This document shows, piece by piece, positions 11,250-23,800 of a DNA stretch of 64,000 nt (positions are counted from its first letter, which is position 1; each line of letters opens with the position of its first letter). The translations under genes and the position numbers were made by a program. Where the stretch lies: positions 1 through 64,000 of the forward strand of contig NIVC01003219.1 of the NCBI GenBank assembly GCA_002269645.1, in the 5' to 3' direction. The notes under the pieces are model-generated. The model had not been told where the DNA came from. It did not search any database and worked only from the letters and a program-made list of their open reading frames with translations. The DNA is from Macrostomum lignano (lineage: Eukaryota).

Positions 11250-14200
11250 ATGAATGTTGGACCACAAGCTAGGCCTATGAATCTTGCTTTTGATGAGTAT
11301 GGACGTCCGTTCATTATTGTGAAAGATCAGGAAAGGCAAAAACGTCTTACTGGCATTGATGCTCATAAGGTATGTTAGCTTGTTAATCCTAACCTATTTA
11401 TTAAAACTAGTTTATATTTAAAGTAAACTTATATACTATTGGAAAATGTTTACCAAAAAACATAAGATAGACACAGACAGAGTATGCCCACATTTTTATA
11501 AAAAAAGAAATTATGTACTAAGCCAAGGACTTCAATATATGATTTGATTATGCAATAATATTAGGGTCCCTTTTAAGTGCAAAATATTAAATAAAAAAAC
11601 TTTTTTCTAATTTTTTGAAATACAATATTATAATAGCAATGTATATAATATACTTATAATTATAGTTGCAGGTTATTTAGTCTATTGTCAGTTATTTGTT
11701 GGAGGTCTATGCTAAGGTGGACAGTTTGTCTGCTCTTGTATAAAATGAAAACAATTTTATACAAGAGCAAACAATAAAGTAATAAAGTAATAAAAAAATA
11801 GTAATAATATTATGCCCACCAATTTTTACAAAATTAGTAAAAGCAAAAAAGTATATATTGGTGCAAAAGCAATATTTGCTAGAAATAAGAATCTATTTTT
11901 TTATCATTTAGTGCTACTTTTATTAAGATAAAAGTATTAAGTTTGAATGCTTGTTTTAGTAGAAAGGTTTGGGCAAAAGTTATGTTGCCAAAAAGTATAT
12001 TACATAAAAGTTGCAAAATTTTGTAAATTGAAATGCATTTTGTACAAGTAAAAGTGGAGTCTAATCTAAAAGTCTAAAGTTCACAAAGTCTATGAATCAA
12101 ATAAATTCATCTAAGAAGCCTCATTTAAAAGCTCTTGTGATAAAGCTACTATAACATTACAATAGAGCTATTGCAGTTAGCTTGCCCATTGTATATAACT
12201 GCCAAGCTTCCTGCAATGCAGCTGAATAGTGCTGGATAAAGACTATCATTGGCTAGCAGTGGTGCTATATGCTATGATTACAAGTCAAACAGCTGCATCT
12301 GTGCTATTAGCATATCTAGTAGCAAGAAAAGGTTGGTATTACTTGTTTATCATTTTCCCAACTTTGCATGTTAGGATTTAGCAACATTGCTAGTCCAGTT
12401 ATATTGCATAAATATGGATAGGTTGTTAGTGCTCAAGATTGCACTAGACAGTCATTTAGCCTCTAAATGATCAAGCAATGTATGAAGGATTAGCAAGAAT
12501 ACTTGAATGTACAGTTCTACAAAGGTAGCTTCCATTTTAGCTGCAGGCAGATAAGGTAAAGCCATTAGCTTCTAGCAGAAAATATAGGTTGTCTAGTTAG
12601 TTGCATATGCAAGGATAAGTCCTAGATTTCCGATGCAGTAATAGACAGCTTAAGAGTAATAGAAGATGCAGCCTTAGATGATCACTTTAAGGAGTAGTTT
12701 GCATAGTGCCATCCATAATGTTGCTTCCAAATCAACAACTGACCTAAGGGCATTATTGACTTAAGCATTAGTATTATCAGCAATGCTAGCAGCATTAGCA
12801 GCATTGACAGCCTAGCCCTAGCAATGTTAGCAACATTGGCAGTTGCAGCATTGGTAATATTGGCAGCTACAGCATTGGTAGCATTAGTAGTATCAGCAGC
12901 TGCAGCATTAGCAACATCAGCAATACTAGCAGCATTGGCTACCTTGGCAGTGCTAGCAGCATTGGTAGCACTAGTAGCATTGGCAATGTTAGCAGTATTG
13001 GTAGTTGCAGCATTAGTAGTACTAGTAGCATCAACAATATTGGCAGCATCAGCAATGCTAGCAGCATCAGCAGTGCTAGTAGTATTAGCAGCTGCAATGT
13101 TGGTAGCAGGACCTTAGCACTTGCTGCAGAACTAATCAAAACTGGTGAGTTTTGCCAAGTATGCCTATTCTTCAGTGGATACACCTGGTGTGCAATGGAC
13201 TATGCCTTTTAATTGGCAGTTCATAGCATGGGATGAATAAACATATAATTTCTATGTATAGTATTAGAAATATTATGAAATATTAAAAATATTGTAACTT
13301 TTTTTTGTTTAAATCACAGCAAGAGAACCTTTAAATCTAGAAGCAGCCAGCAAGAGAGGAGTCAACTTGTTCTTTTGTTTGCTTCTGCATTAAAAAGCTT
13401 AAGCAATACTTCTGTCTAGGTTATTAAGGAGCATTGAAAGCCCTAAGATTGGGAGAATTCACTCCAATCTCAGAGAATAAGACCTATAGATTTATAATCT
13501 AGGAAATTGCCTTAGAAGATAGAACATCTACCCAAGGGTAAGAACTCCAGTCCTAAGATCTAAGATATTTGCCTAAAGGCAGTCAACTTCCAGAGTGTAA
13601 GCTAGGACCCTCTGATCCCTATGCTACATTATTATAACTTCCTGGGAATTCTCTCAATTCTCTCAATTGCAGTGTATATGATCCCTTTTAGAAGAATAAT
13701 TAGAAGTATAGAAATAGGGTTTAATGCCAATAGACTGTTATGGCCAAGAAATAAAACATATTACCAATAGATAAGTACATATACTATAGTAGATAAGTAC
13801 ATTTGCTACCAATATAATGTACATTTATAGGCTACCAGTAATATCTGTGTACATGAAATATTAGTAAAGTATATTTAGTAATAGGAACATTAGGAAATTG
13901 TAGCAGCTTGGTGGTAGCAACAAAATTATAGTAGAGGAAACAGCCCTAGCACAACTTTGGTGATAGTTTTCAAGATTATTATAGACAGAAAACACTATTA
14001 TAACTTTTGGTAATAGCAATTAAGATTTAGAAAAAAGAAGTTAGCCCCTTTGACATGTATAACATATTTATATATATATATGTAGGATTAATCTGTTTTT
14101 TTTATAAAAAAACCTGTTTCTTTCTTTTTTAGAATGTCTATACTACAGTATGGTTTTTTGACTTGGGGTTAAGACTTTATTGAACTCTGTTAATATCAGC

Positions 14201-17200
14201 ATAAATATATCCATTCTTATCATTCCATAAGAATTCTGGCTACCTTTAGTTGCATATTATAAGCTGATTAAATGTTTTTGCGTGATCAAGGTTGGAGCAT
14301 TTTCTTATTATAAAATAAGTGACTACAATCTATTTATGACACTAGATTGATGAAAATTGCTAAAGTAAAGTTGAGAATCACCCAGGTAACAAAGCAAGTC
14401 ATATGCATATTTTGTTTTATCTTTTAACTAGATAAATTTCAATTCTATCTTTAAATTGATAGACCAAAAGTATATAATTATAACTGATAATATAAGAATT
14501 TTTATATAATGATATATAATAAAATAAATAAAATAGAAACAGTATAATAGCTATTGTATATGCATTATTAAAACGATTAAGTTTTTAATAATTAATGTAA
14601 TTAAATCTAATATCCATTTGTTCAATCCTAATAAATGTTTTACAAGTATCAGTTCTAAAAATGTTTATATAGTCAGTTTTTTGAAATCCTAACTTTTTAT
14701 AAATTAACCTTTACTAAATAAACAAAATTTTAGTCGCACATCCTGGCAGCCAAGTCTGTTGCCAATTGTCTGCGAACATCCCTAGGCCCAAAAGGCCTGG
14801 ACAAACTGATGGTCAGTCCAGATGGCGACCTTACTGTTACCAACGATGGCAGAACTATTTTAGAGAAGATGGACGTCGATCATGAGATTGCTAAGCTGAT
14901 GGTGCAGCTCAGCAAATCTCAGGATGACGAGATTGGCGATGGTACCACTGGTGAGTCGGTCTGCTTTTTAGTGGAGAAGATCTGCTTAAATATTGCTCTC
15001 AGATTAGGAGGGTGAGATTCTCATCCCAGTCTTATCTCTAAGAGGTTTAGATTCTCATTCCAGTCTCATCTCTAGAGGGTGAGATTCTTATTCCAGTCTC
15101 ATCTCTAAGAGGATTAGATTCTTATTCCAGTCTCATCTCTAAGAGGTTTAGATTCTTATTCCAGTCTCATCTCTAAGAGGTTTAGATTCTTATTCCAGTC
15201 TCATCTCTAGAGGTTTAGATTCTTATTCCAGTCTCATCTCTAAGAGGATTAGATTCTTATTCCAGTCTCATCTCTAAGAGGATTAGATTCTTATTCCAGT
15301 CTCATCTCTAAGAGGATTAGATTCTTATTCCAGTCTCATCTCTAAGAGGATTAGATTCTTATTCCAGTCTCATCTCCAGAGAGTGAGATTCTCATACCAG
15401 TCTCATCTCTAGAGGGTGAGATTCTTATTCCAGTTTTATCTCTAAAGGGTAAGATTCTCATTCCAGTCTCATTTCTAGCTTAAGGGGTGAGATTCTCATT
15501 CCAGTATTATCTCTAGAGGGTGAGATTCTGATTGTAGTCTCGGCTCTTGGTATGGTTCTCTTTTCAATCTTAACCCATTATAGGGTGAGATTCTCATCAT
15601 GGTCTGAATTGGATACTTTAATATGATTATAGTATAATAATTATAGTACAGTTAAGCAAGTCAGTGGGATGGAAGATTCTCATAAGCCTTTCAACCTGTC
15701 GCAGGCGTGGTGGTCTTGGCCGGAGCCCTGCTGGAACAAGCTGATGTACTGCTAGACAAGGGCATCCACGCTACACGAATCGCCGAAGGCTACGAGCAAG
15801 CCGCCGCCATTGCTATTCGTCATCTGGAGTCCATCGCTGACAAGTTCGAGTTTAGCCGCGATAATAAAGAGCCACTGATCGAGACCGCCATGACCACCCT
15901 GGGCTCGAAGATTATCAACCGGTTGCACCGGAAGTTCGCCGAGATCGCTGTCGACGCTGTCCTATCCGTGGCCGACTTTGAGCGCAAAGATGTCGACTTT
16001 GAATTGATCAAAGTTGAAGGCAAAGTTGGCGGCAAACTGGAAGATTCTATGCTAATCCGAGGGGTCTTGGTGGACAAAGACATGTCCCATCCGCAGATGC
16101 CCAAGCGCGTTTCCGATGCTCGCATTGCCATCCTGACCTGCCCGTTTGAGCCGCCAAAGCCCAAGACTAAGCATTCGCTTCTGGTGCAAACTGTTGAAGA
16201 CTATGAGAAATTGCGCGAGTATGAGCACAATAAATTTGAAGAGATGGTCGACCAGGTGAAGGCTACTGGCGCTAATCTGGTTATCTGTCAGTGGGGCTTC
16301 GACGATGAGGCCAACCATCTGCTGTTGCACAAGCAGCTGCCCGCCGTTCGCTGGGTTGGCGGCCCAGAGATTGAACTTATTGCTATTGCAACTGGCGGTA
16401 GGATTGTGCCCAGGTCAGTTTGGGGGAGAAGATTTGATGGTTATGGTTGATCAGCCCTCTACCTCACTTATTATTGGATTGATCCGCCCCTACCTTACTT
16501 ATTATTGGATTGATCCGCCCCCTACCTCACTTATAATTGGATTGATCCGCCCCCTACCTTACTTATTATTGGATTGATCCGCCCCCTACCTCACTTATTA
16601 TTGGATTGATCCGCCCCCTACCTTACTTATTATTGGATTGATCCGCCCTCTACCTCACTTATTATTGGATTAATCCGCCCTCTACCTCACTTATTATTGG
16701 ATTGATCCGCCCCCTACCTTACTTATTATTGGATTGATCCGCCCCCTACCTCACTTATAATTGGATTGATCCGCCCCCTACCTTACTTATTATTGGATTG
16801 ATCCGCCCCCTACCTCACTTATTATTGGATTGATCCGCCCCCTACCTTACTTATTATTGGATTGATCCGCCCTCTACCTCACTTATTATTGGATTAATCC
16901 GCCCTCTACCTCACTTATTATTGGATTGATCCGCCCCCTACCTTACTTATTATTGGATTGATCCGCCCCCTACCTCACTTATAATTGGATTGATCCGCCC
17001 CCTACCTTACTTATTATTGGATTGATCCGCCCCTACCTCACTTATTATTGGATTGATCCGCCCCTACCTTACTTATTATTGGATTGATCCGCCCTCTACC
17101 TCACTTATTATTGGATTAATCCGCCCTCTACCTCACTTATTATTGGATTGATCCGCCCTCTACCTCACTTATTATTGGATTGATCCGCCCCCTACCTTAC

Positions 17201-19514
17201 TTATTATTGGATTGATCCGCCCCCTACCTCACTTATAATTGGATTGATCCGCCCCCTACCTCACTTATTATTGGATTGATCCGCCCCCTACCTCACTTAT
17301 TATTGGATTGATCCGCCCCCTACCTCGCTAATCCAATCCGCCCTCTACTCAAACTAATGCACCCCTACTCATTGGACTCATCCGCTCCCTATTTGACAAA
17401 TCCGCCCCCCGGTCACCGCCCCCGCAGATTCGAGGAGCTGACAGCCGAGAAGCTGGGCCGGGCCGGCTTGGTCCGCGAGTTAAGCTTCGGCACCACTCGC
17501 GAGCGCATGCTGGTTATCGAAGAGTGCGCTAATAGTCGAGCTGTCACAATCTTCATTCGCGGCGGCAATAGTATGATTGTTGAGGAGGCTAAGCGCTCGG
17601 TTCACGACGCTCTGTGCGTTGTTCGCAATCTGGTGCGCGATTCTCGCATCGTGTACGGTGGCGGTGCCGCTGAGCTGGCCTGCTCACAGAAGGTGCGCTT
17701 GTTGATTGCTTTTCTTTGTTTAATATAGTCAGATCTAAATCCCAGATTTGGGATCTGAATCTCTGATTTGGGATCTGAATCCCTACTTTGGGATCTGAAT
17801 CCCTGATTTGGGATTTGAATCTCTGATTTGGGATTTGAATTTCTAAATCCCTAATTTGGGATTTGGGATCTGAATTTCTGATTTGGGATCCTAATTTCTG
17901 ATTTGGGACCCGAATCCTTGATTTTTGGGATCCGAATCTCTGATTTTTGGGATCTGAATCCCTGATTTTTTGGGATCCGAATCTCTGATTTTTGGGATCC
18001 GAATTTCTTATTTGGGACCCGAATATCTGATTTTTGGGATCCGAATCTCTGATTTTTGGGATCTGAATCCCTGATTTTTGGGATCCGAATCTCTGATTTT
18101 TGGGATCTGAATCCCTGATTTTTGGGATCCGCATCTGATTTTTGAAATCTTAATCCCTGATTTGAAATCGGATCCCTAATTTTTGATTCAGGATTTGAAT
18201 CTCTGAAAAAGAGACTGGATCTGGGATTGGGATCTAAATTTGGGACTTTAATTCACTGAATCTTGGATTTGGAACTGATGATACTGAATCATTTTTAAAG
18301 TACTGGAATTCCTATATTGTTACTCTACTTGAAGTACTATCTATATACAAACAAAAAGTTTTGCCAAATCTGCGCAGGTGATGCAAGTGGCCGACACGGA
18401 GACCCCTGGCCTGGAGCAGTACGCCATGCGGGCCTTCGCCGAAGCCTGCGAGTCCATCGTACTGGCTCTGGCTGACAATTCCGGCTTCGGGCCAATTGAA
18501 ACTCTGGGCGAATTGAAGGCTCGCCACGCTACGGAGGACAACCCTAGGCTTGGTGTGGACTGCCTGCAGCGCGGCACTTGCGATATGCGAGAGCAGAAGG
18601 TAACTGGCTGGCTGGTTAAGGCTGTTCCTTGACTCAGTTCCCTGTTCCCTGTTTTTCTTTATCTCAACTCTTTTCCTTACCCTCACCCTCTATCCACTTC
18701 TTCCCTTCTTCGTTACCCTCTCACTTAACCTCTCGCTTTCTACCTCTGCCTCACCTTCTCCCTCCCTCACTCCCACCCTCTCTCTGCCTCCCTCATTCTC
18801 CCCCTCCCTCACTCCCTCTCCCTCTCCTTCACTCTCAGTCTCACCCTCTCTCACCCTCTCCCTCTTCTCCCTCTCACTCTCACCCTCTCACTCTCACCCT
18901 CTCTCACCCTCTCCCTCTTCTTCCTCTCACTCTCATCCTCTCCCTCGTCTCCCTCTCACTCTCACCCTCTCACTCTCACCCTCTCCCTCTTCTCCCTCTC
19001 ACTCTCACCCTCACCCTCTCTCCCTCTCTCACCCTCTCCCTCTTCTTCCTCTCACTCTCATCCTCTCCCTCGTCTCCCTCTCACTCTCACCCTCTCCCTC
19101 TTCTCCCTCCCTCACCCCTCCCCTCCCTCACTTCCACCCTCTCTCTGCCTCCCTCACTCCCTCTCCCCCTCCTCACTCTCACTCTCCCTCTTCACCCTCC
19201 CTCACTGTCATCCTCTCCCTCTTCCTGACTCACTCTCTCTCACCCACCATCTCACCATCTTCGTATGCTTCATATATAAAGTTAATTAAAATACAGTGCC
19301 GCCAAAAAGTTGATTTGTTGCTGCTCTCAAACAAACAAACACAAAATTTAATCGTACAATTAAAAATAACCAACACAATCCGCAGGTAATCGAGACGCTG
19401 AGCAGCAAACGTGCTCAGATTATGCTGGCCGTACAGCTGTGCAAGATGATTCTAAAAATTGACGACATCCGTGCTATGGAGGACAAGCAAGAGTACAGCT
19501 ATCCTATGGGCTAA
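11250..19514 (+). CDS. CCT5: T-complex protein 1 subunit epsilon (CCT/TRiC chaperonin), 553 aa; join(11250..11369,14734..14950,15705..16413,17428..17692,18378..18599,19386..19514)
   Basis: CCT5-specific motifs [90 protein letters not shown] and ILKIDDIR. Exon 1 was read by hand (it is not in the ORF track). All introns are GT..AG; 1662 nt in frame. Confidence 0.97.
15010..15530. repeat. 34-bp minisatellite (GATTCTTATTCCAGTCTCATCTCTAAGAGGATTA) in CCT5 intron 2
   Basis: Period read directly; edges are degenerate. Confidence 0.93.
16450..17335. repeat. 32-bp minisatellite (TTATTATTGGATTGATCCGCCCCCTACCTCAC) in CCT5 intron 3
   Basis: About 28 copies, read directly. Confidence 0.96.
17733..18270. 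repeat. 20-23-bp minisatellite (CTCTGATTT[TT]GGGATC[T/C]GAAT) in CCT5 intron 4
   Basis: Read directly; unit length varies with the T-run. Confidence 0.9.
18655..19260. repeat. CT-rich low-complexity tract in CCT5 intron 5
   Basis: Almost purely pyrimidine (CTCTCACCCTCT-like motifs). Confidence 0.9.
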
Positions 19515-20056
19515 TTTGATTGATTTGAGCTAGGGCAAATTCTGATATACTACTTACTACTACTACTATTAATAAGTTTTTGTTTACAATAATTAATATT
19601 TTGCTTTTAAACAGTGCCGCCATCTTGACTAAGTGTTAAGTTGTTAAACCGTGTTGCTAAGGCATCCCCTGTCCTCACAATACTACTTACTCTCTCTCTA
19701 TGAAAGCTTGAAAAGTAGCCTTGTTGTTTCATTGTTAGTTGTGAGCAGAATAGGGCAAGTCTTAAAGAATATTGAGCAGCTAGATTGAAGGCTAAAGAAT
19801 GCAAAATTAACATCTCTGCTATTAATTATTACTTACTCAGTAGTAGCTACAAAATCCACATAAAAATAAATGAATAAATCAAACGTCTCGTCAGCTTTTT
19901 TACTATCTTCAGCTATCCTCCTTTTTGACTTGGATCAAAATTGTTTGACTTTGATTTATTGTGCTATATATTTCTGTATTCTGTATTCTATATTTTTGTA
20001 CCCTGAGCATATCTGAGTTCTGAGTAATTATGATACCTAGATATGGACCACTAAAA

Positions 20057-20692
20057 GCTAGCTAAACCATTTGGCTCCTAGCTATGACCTATTTAGCTCC
20101 TAGCTATGAACCATTTAGCTCCTAGCTATGACCCATTTAGCTCCTAGCTATGACCCATTTAGCTCCTAGCTATGACCCATTTAGCTCCTAGCTATGACCC
20201 ATTTAGCTCCTAGCTATGACCCATTTAGCTCCTAGCTATGACCCATTTAGCTCCTAGCTATGACCCATTTAGCTCCTAGCTATGACACATTTAGCTCCTA
20301 GCTATGACCCATTTAGCTCCTAGCTATGACCCATTTAGCTCCTAGCTATGACCTATTTAGCTCCTAGCTATGACACATTTAGCTCCTAGCTATGACCCAT
20401 TTAGCTCCTAGCTATGACCCATTTAGCTCCTAGCTATGAACCATTTAGCTCCTAGCTATGACCTATTTAGCTCCTAGCTATGAACCATTTAGCCCCTAGC
20501 TATAAACCATTTAGCTCCTAGCTATGACCTATTTAGCTCCTAGCTATGACCCATTTAGTTCCTAGCTATGACCCATTTAGCTCCTAGCTATGACCAATTA
20601 ACTCCTAGCTATGAACCATTTAGCTCCTAGCTTTGACCTATTTAGCTCCTAATTACAAATAATCGAAATCCTGGCTATGACCCATTTAGCTA
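20057..20692. repeat. 22-bp minisatellite (CTATGACCCATTTAGCTCCTAG) between CCT5 and GET4
   Basis: 22-bp period read directly; about 28 copies. Confidence 0.95.
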
Positions 20693-20897
20693 CTAGCAGT
20701 AGCTTATCTAACTCGTCAAAAACTAATAGCCGTGACCCAACCCTGGGCTGCAAATTGTTTTGCTCTATTAAGTAGTAAAAATGTTGCTACAAATTTCGAT
20801 CAACAAATTTCTTCTGGCGTTTGTGAATAATTGTGAAACTCACTTAAAATCTTAACGAGATAATCAAATTAGAAGAAGACAGCTGCCAACAGCTTAC

Positions 20898-23800
20898 ATG
20901 ACTCTGCGACTGCAGGCCAGACTGGCTGATGCCCTGGCTTCGGGTGAATTTTATGAAGCTCAGCAGCTTTACAGGACGCTCAGTTTCAGATTGACAGCTC
21001 GCGGCCAATATGACGAAGCGGCCAGTCTGCTGTACAACGGCGCCACAGCTTTACTAAACGAAGGTCTGCATGAAAGTGGCGGCGATCTGGCCTGCCAGAT
21101 GGTGGCAGCGCAGGCCAAATCCACTGCCGAGCCGCCTAGCGTAGAGTTTGTCAGCCGGGTGTCCGCTCTGTGCAGACTGATGAAGCCGGGCTCGCCAGAG
21201 AGGGAAATGCTCACTGCTAAGTGAGTAGTATTGTTGATTTCTGATTCTGCTAAAATAGGTTCTGTCACACTTTGATCATCTCTGACCCATTATCATCATC
21301 TTATGACCCACTATGCTAGTCATCTCATGACCCATTATTATAATCTTATGACCCACTATGCTAGTCATCTCATGACCCATTATTATCATCTCATGATTCA
21401 CTATGATAGTCATCTCATGACCCACTATGATAGTCATCTCATGACCCTCTATGAGAATCATCTCATGACCCACTATGATAGTCATCTTATGACCCGCTAT
21501 GATAGCCATCTCATGAACCGCCATGATAATCATCTCATGACCTACTTTGATAGTCATCTTATGACCCTCTATGATAATCATCTCATGACCCACTATGATA
21601 GTCATCTTATGACCCGCTATGATAGTCATCTCATGAACCGCCATGATAATCATCTCATGACCTACTTTGATAATCATCTCATGAACCGCCATGATAATCA
21701 TCTCATGACCTACTTTGATAATCATCTCATGACCCACTATGATAGTCATCTCATGAACCGCCATGATAATCATCTCATGACCTACTTTGATAGTCATCTC
21801 ATGACCCACAATGATAGTCATCTCATGAACCGCCATGATAATCATCTCATGACCCACTATGGTAGTCATCTCATGACCCACTATGATAGTCATCTCATGA
21901 ACCGCCATGATAGTCATCTCATGACCCACAATGATAGTCATCTCATGAACCGCCATGATAATCATCTCATGACCTACTTTGATAATCATCTCATGAACCG
22001 CCATGATAATCATCTCATGACCTACTTTGATAATCATCTCATGAACCGCCATGATAATCATCTCATGACCTACTTTGATAATCATCTCATGACCCACTAT
22101 GATAGTCATCTCATGAACCGCCATGATAATCATCTCATGACCTACTTTGATAGTCATCTCATGACCCACAATGATAGTCATCTCATGAACCGCCATGATA
22201 ATCATCTCATGACCCACTATGGTAGTCATCTCATGACCCACTATGATAGTCATCTCATGAACCGCCATGATAGTCATCTCATGACCCACAATGATAGTCA
22301 TCTCATGAACCGCCATGATAATCATCTCATGACCCACTATGGTAGTCATCTCATGACCCACTATGATAGTCAACGAATCCCACTTGTACGAGGGGTGATC
22401 AAAAAGTTCTGCAACCTTTTGTTATAGCTTTTAGTTATAGAATCAGCAAAAGCCGAAAACTTACACATATGCGGCTATATCTGTTTGCTATATTTATATG
22501 CATTTTTGGCTTCCAAATGTGCCCCAGTAAAATTTCACAGCCATATATTTTCCATGTGTTTTCAGTAGCTGATGGAAACATCAAAAGACAGTGTTCGCTT
22601 CTATATCTTTATGTGCATGCAACTTGGTTGCAAAGTGACTGATATTCACACCATGTTTTGTGAATGTTTTAGCTGACTCTGCTCCATCATTTGACACGGT
22701 TGCCCGCTGGCTGCGCCATTTCTTGGAAGGCTGGGACAGCTTCAACGATGAACCGAGGTCTGGCCGACCCCGGACATCCGTGACCGAAGATGTCGTGGCC
22801 CATGCCGATGCAATAATTCGTGAGGATTGGAGCATTATGCTGAGATTCCTTGCCTATGAGCTTGGTGTCAGCTATGGAAGTGCTCATAACATCATGCATG
22901 AGCAACTAGGCTGCACAAAGACTTGCGCTCGGTGGGTACCCCATCTTCTCACTCCGGAGCAACAAGCAGAGAGGGGGCGCACCTGTCGCTTGTGGCTGCA
23001 AATGTTTGAGCCCCACGGCCCACGACAACTGTCGGATGTCATCATAGGAGACAAATGTTGGATCTCCTTTTACCATGAAGGATAAGCAGTCCAACATGGT
23101 CTGGCTAGCAGAAGATGAGCCAAGGCCTGAGGTGCTGAAGACCGGATTCCGCAGTCGGAAGCGGATGTTCACCATTTTTTCAACTCTCAGGGTGTTGTAT
23201 CGGTGAACATCCTTCCAGCGGGTGCCACAGTGACTGCCAGGTACTACACAGACACTGTTCTGCCAGGCGTGCTGCAGGAGCGGCAGGAACGTGCGCGAAC
23301 CAGGCATGGACCTCGACTCCTGCTGCACCATGACAATGTGGCACCGCACAGAGCGGCATCAACCATGGCGTACCTGGAGCAGCAGGGGGTCCGGCTGCTG
23401 CCCCATCCACCCTACTCTCTAGACCTAGCACCTTCCGACTTTTGGCTGTTCCCGAGGATCAAATCCGTCGTTTCTGGGAGGCCGTTTTCACGCATGCAAG
23501 ACTTTGCCCAAGCGGTACATTCAGCTCTACAGGGTATACCAACTTCGGAGTACCATGACTGCTTTCAGACATGGTGCACACGGATGCGACGGTGCATAGA
23601 TAGTGGTGGAAAGTACTTTAAGGGAATGTGACACTGATTAGACGCCTCGGCTGCTGTAGCACAGAGTTGTGAGGTCACTTGCAGAACTTTTTGATCACCC
23701 CTCGTAATTGTCAATCATTACCAAATCAACCACATTCGCATAACATTACAGTTACAAGTACATTGCATGCGACACTGTTTCCATAAGCTATAATCTGCAT

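Noticed and set aside
21276-22427. 365-aa and 374-aa His/Met-rich ORFs
   Set aside because: A 24-bp unit is divisible by three, so long ORFs arise automatically; both lie inside the GET4 intron.
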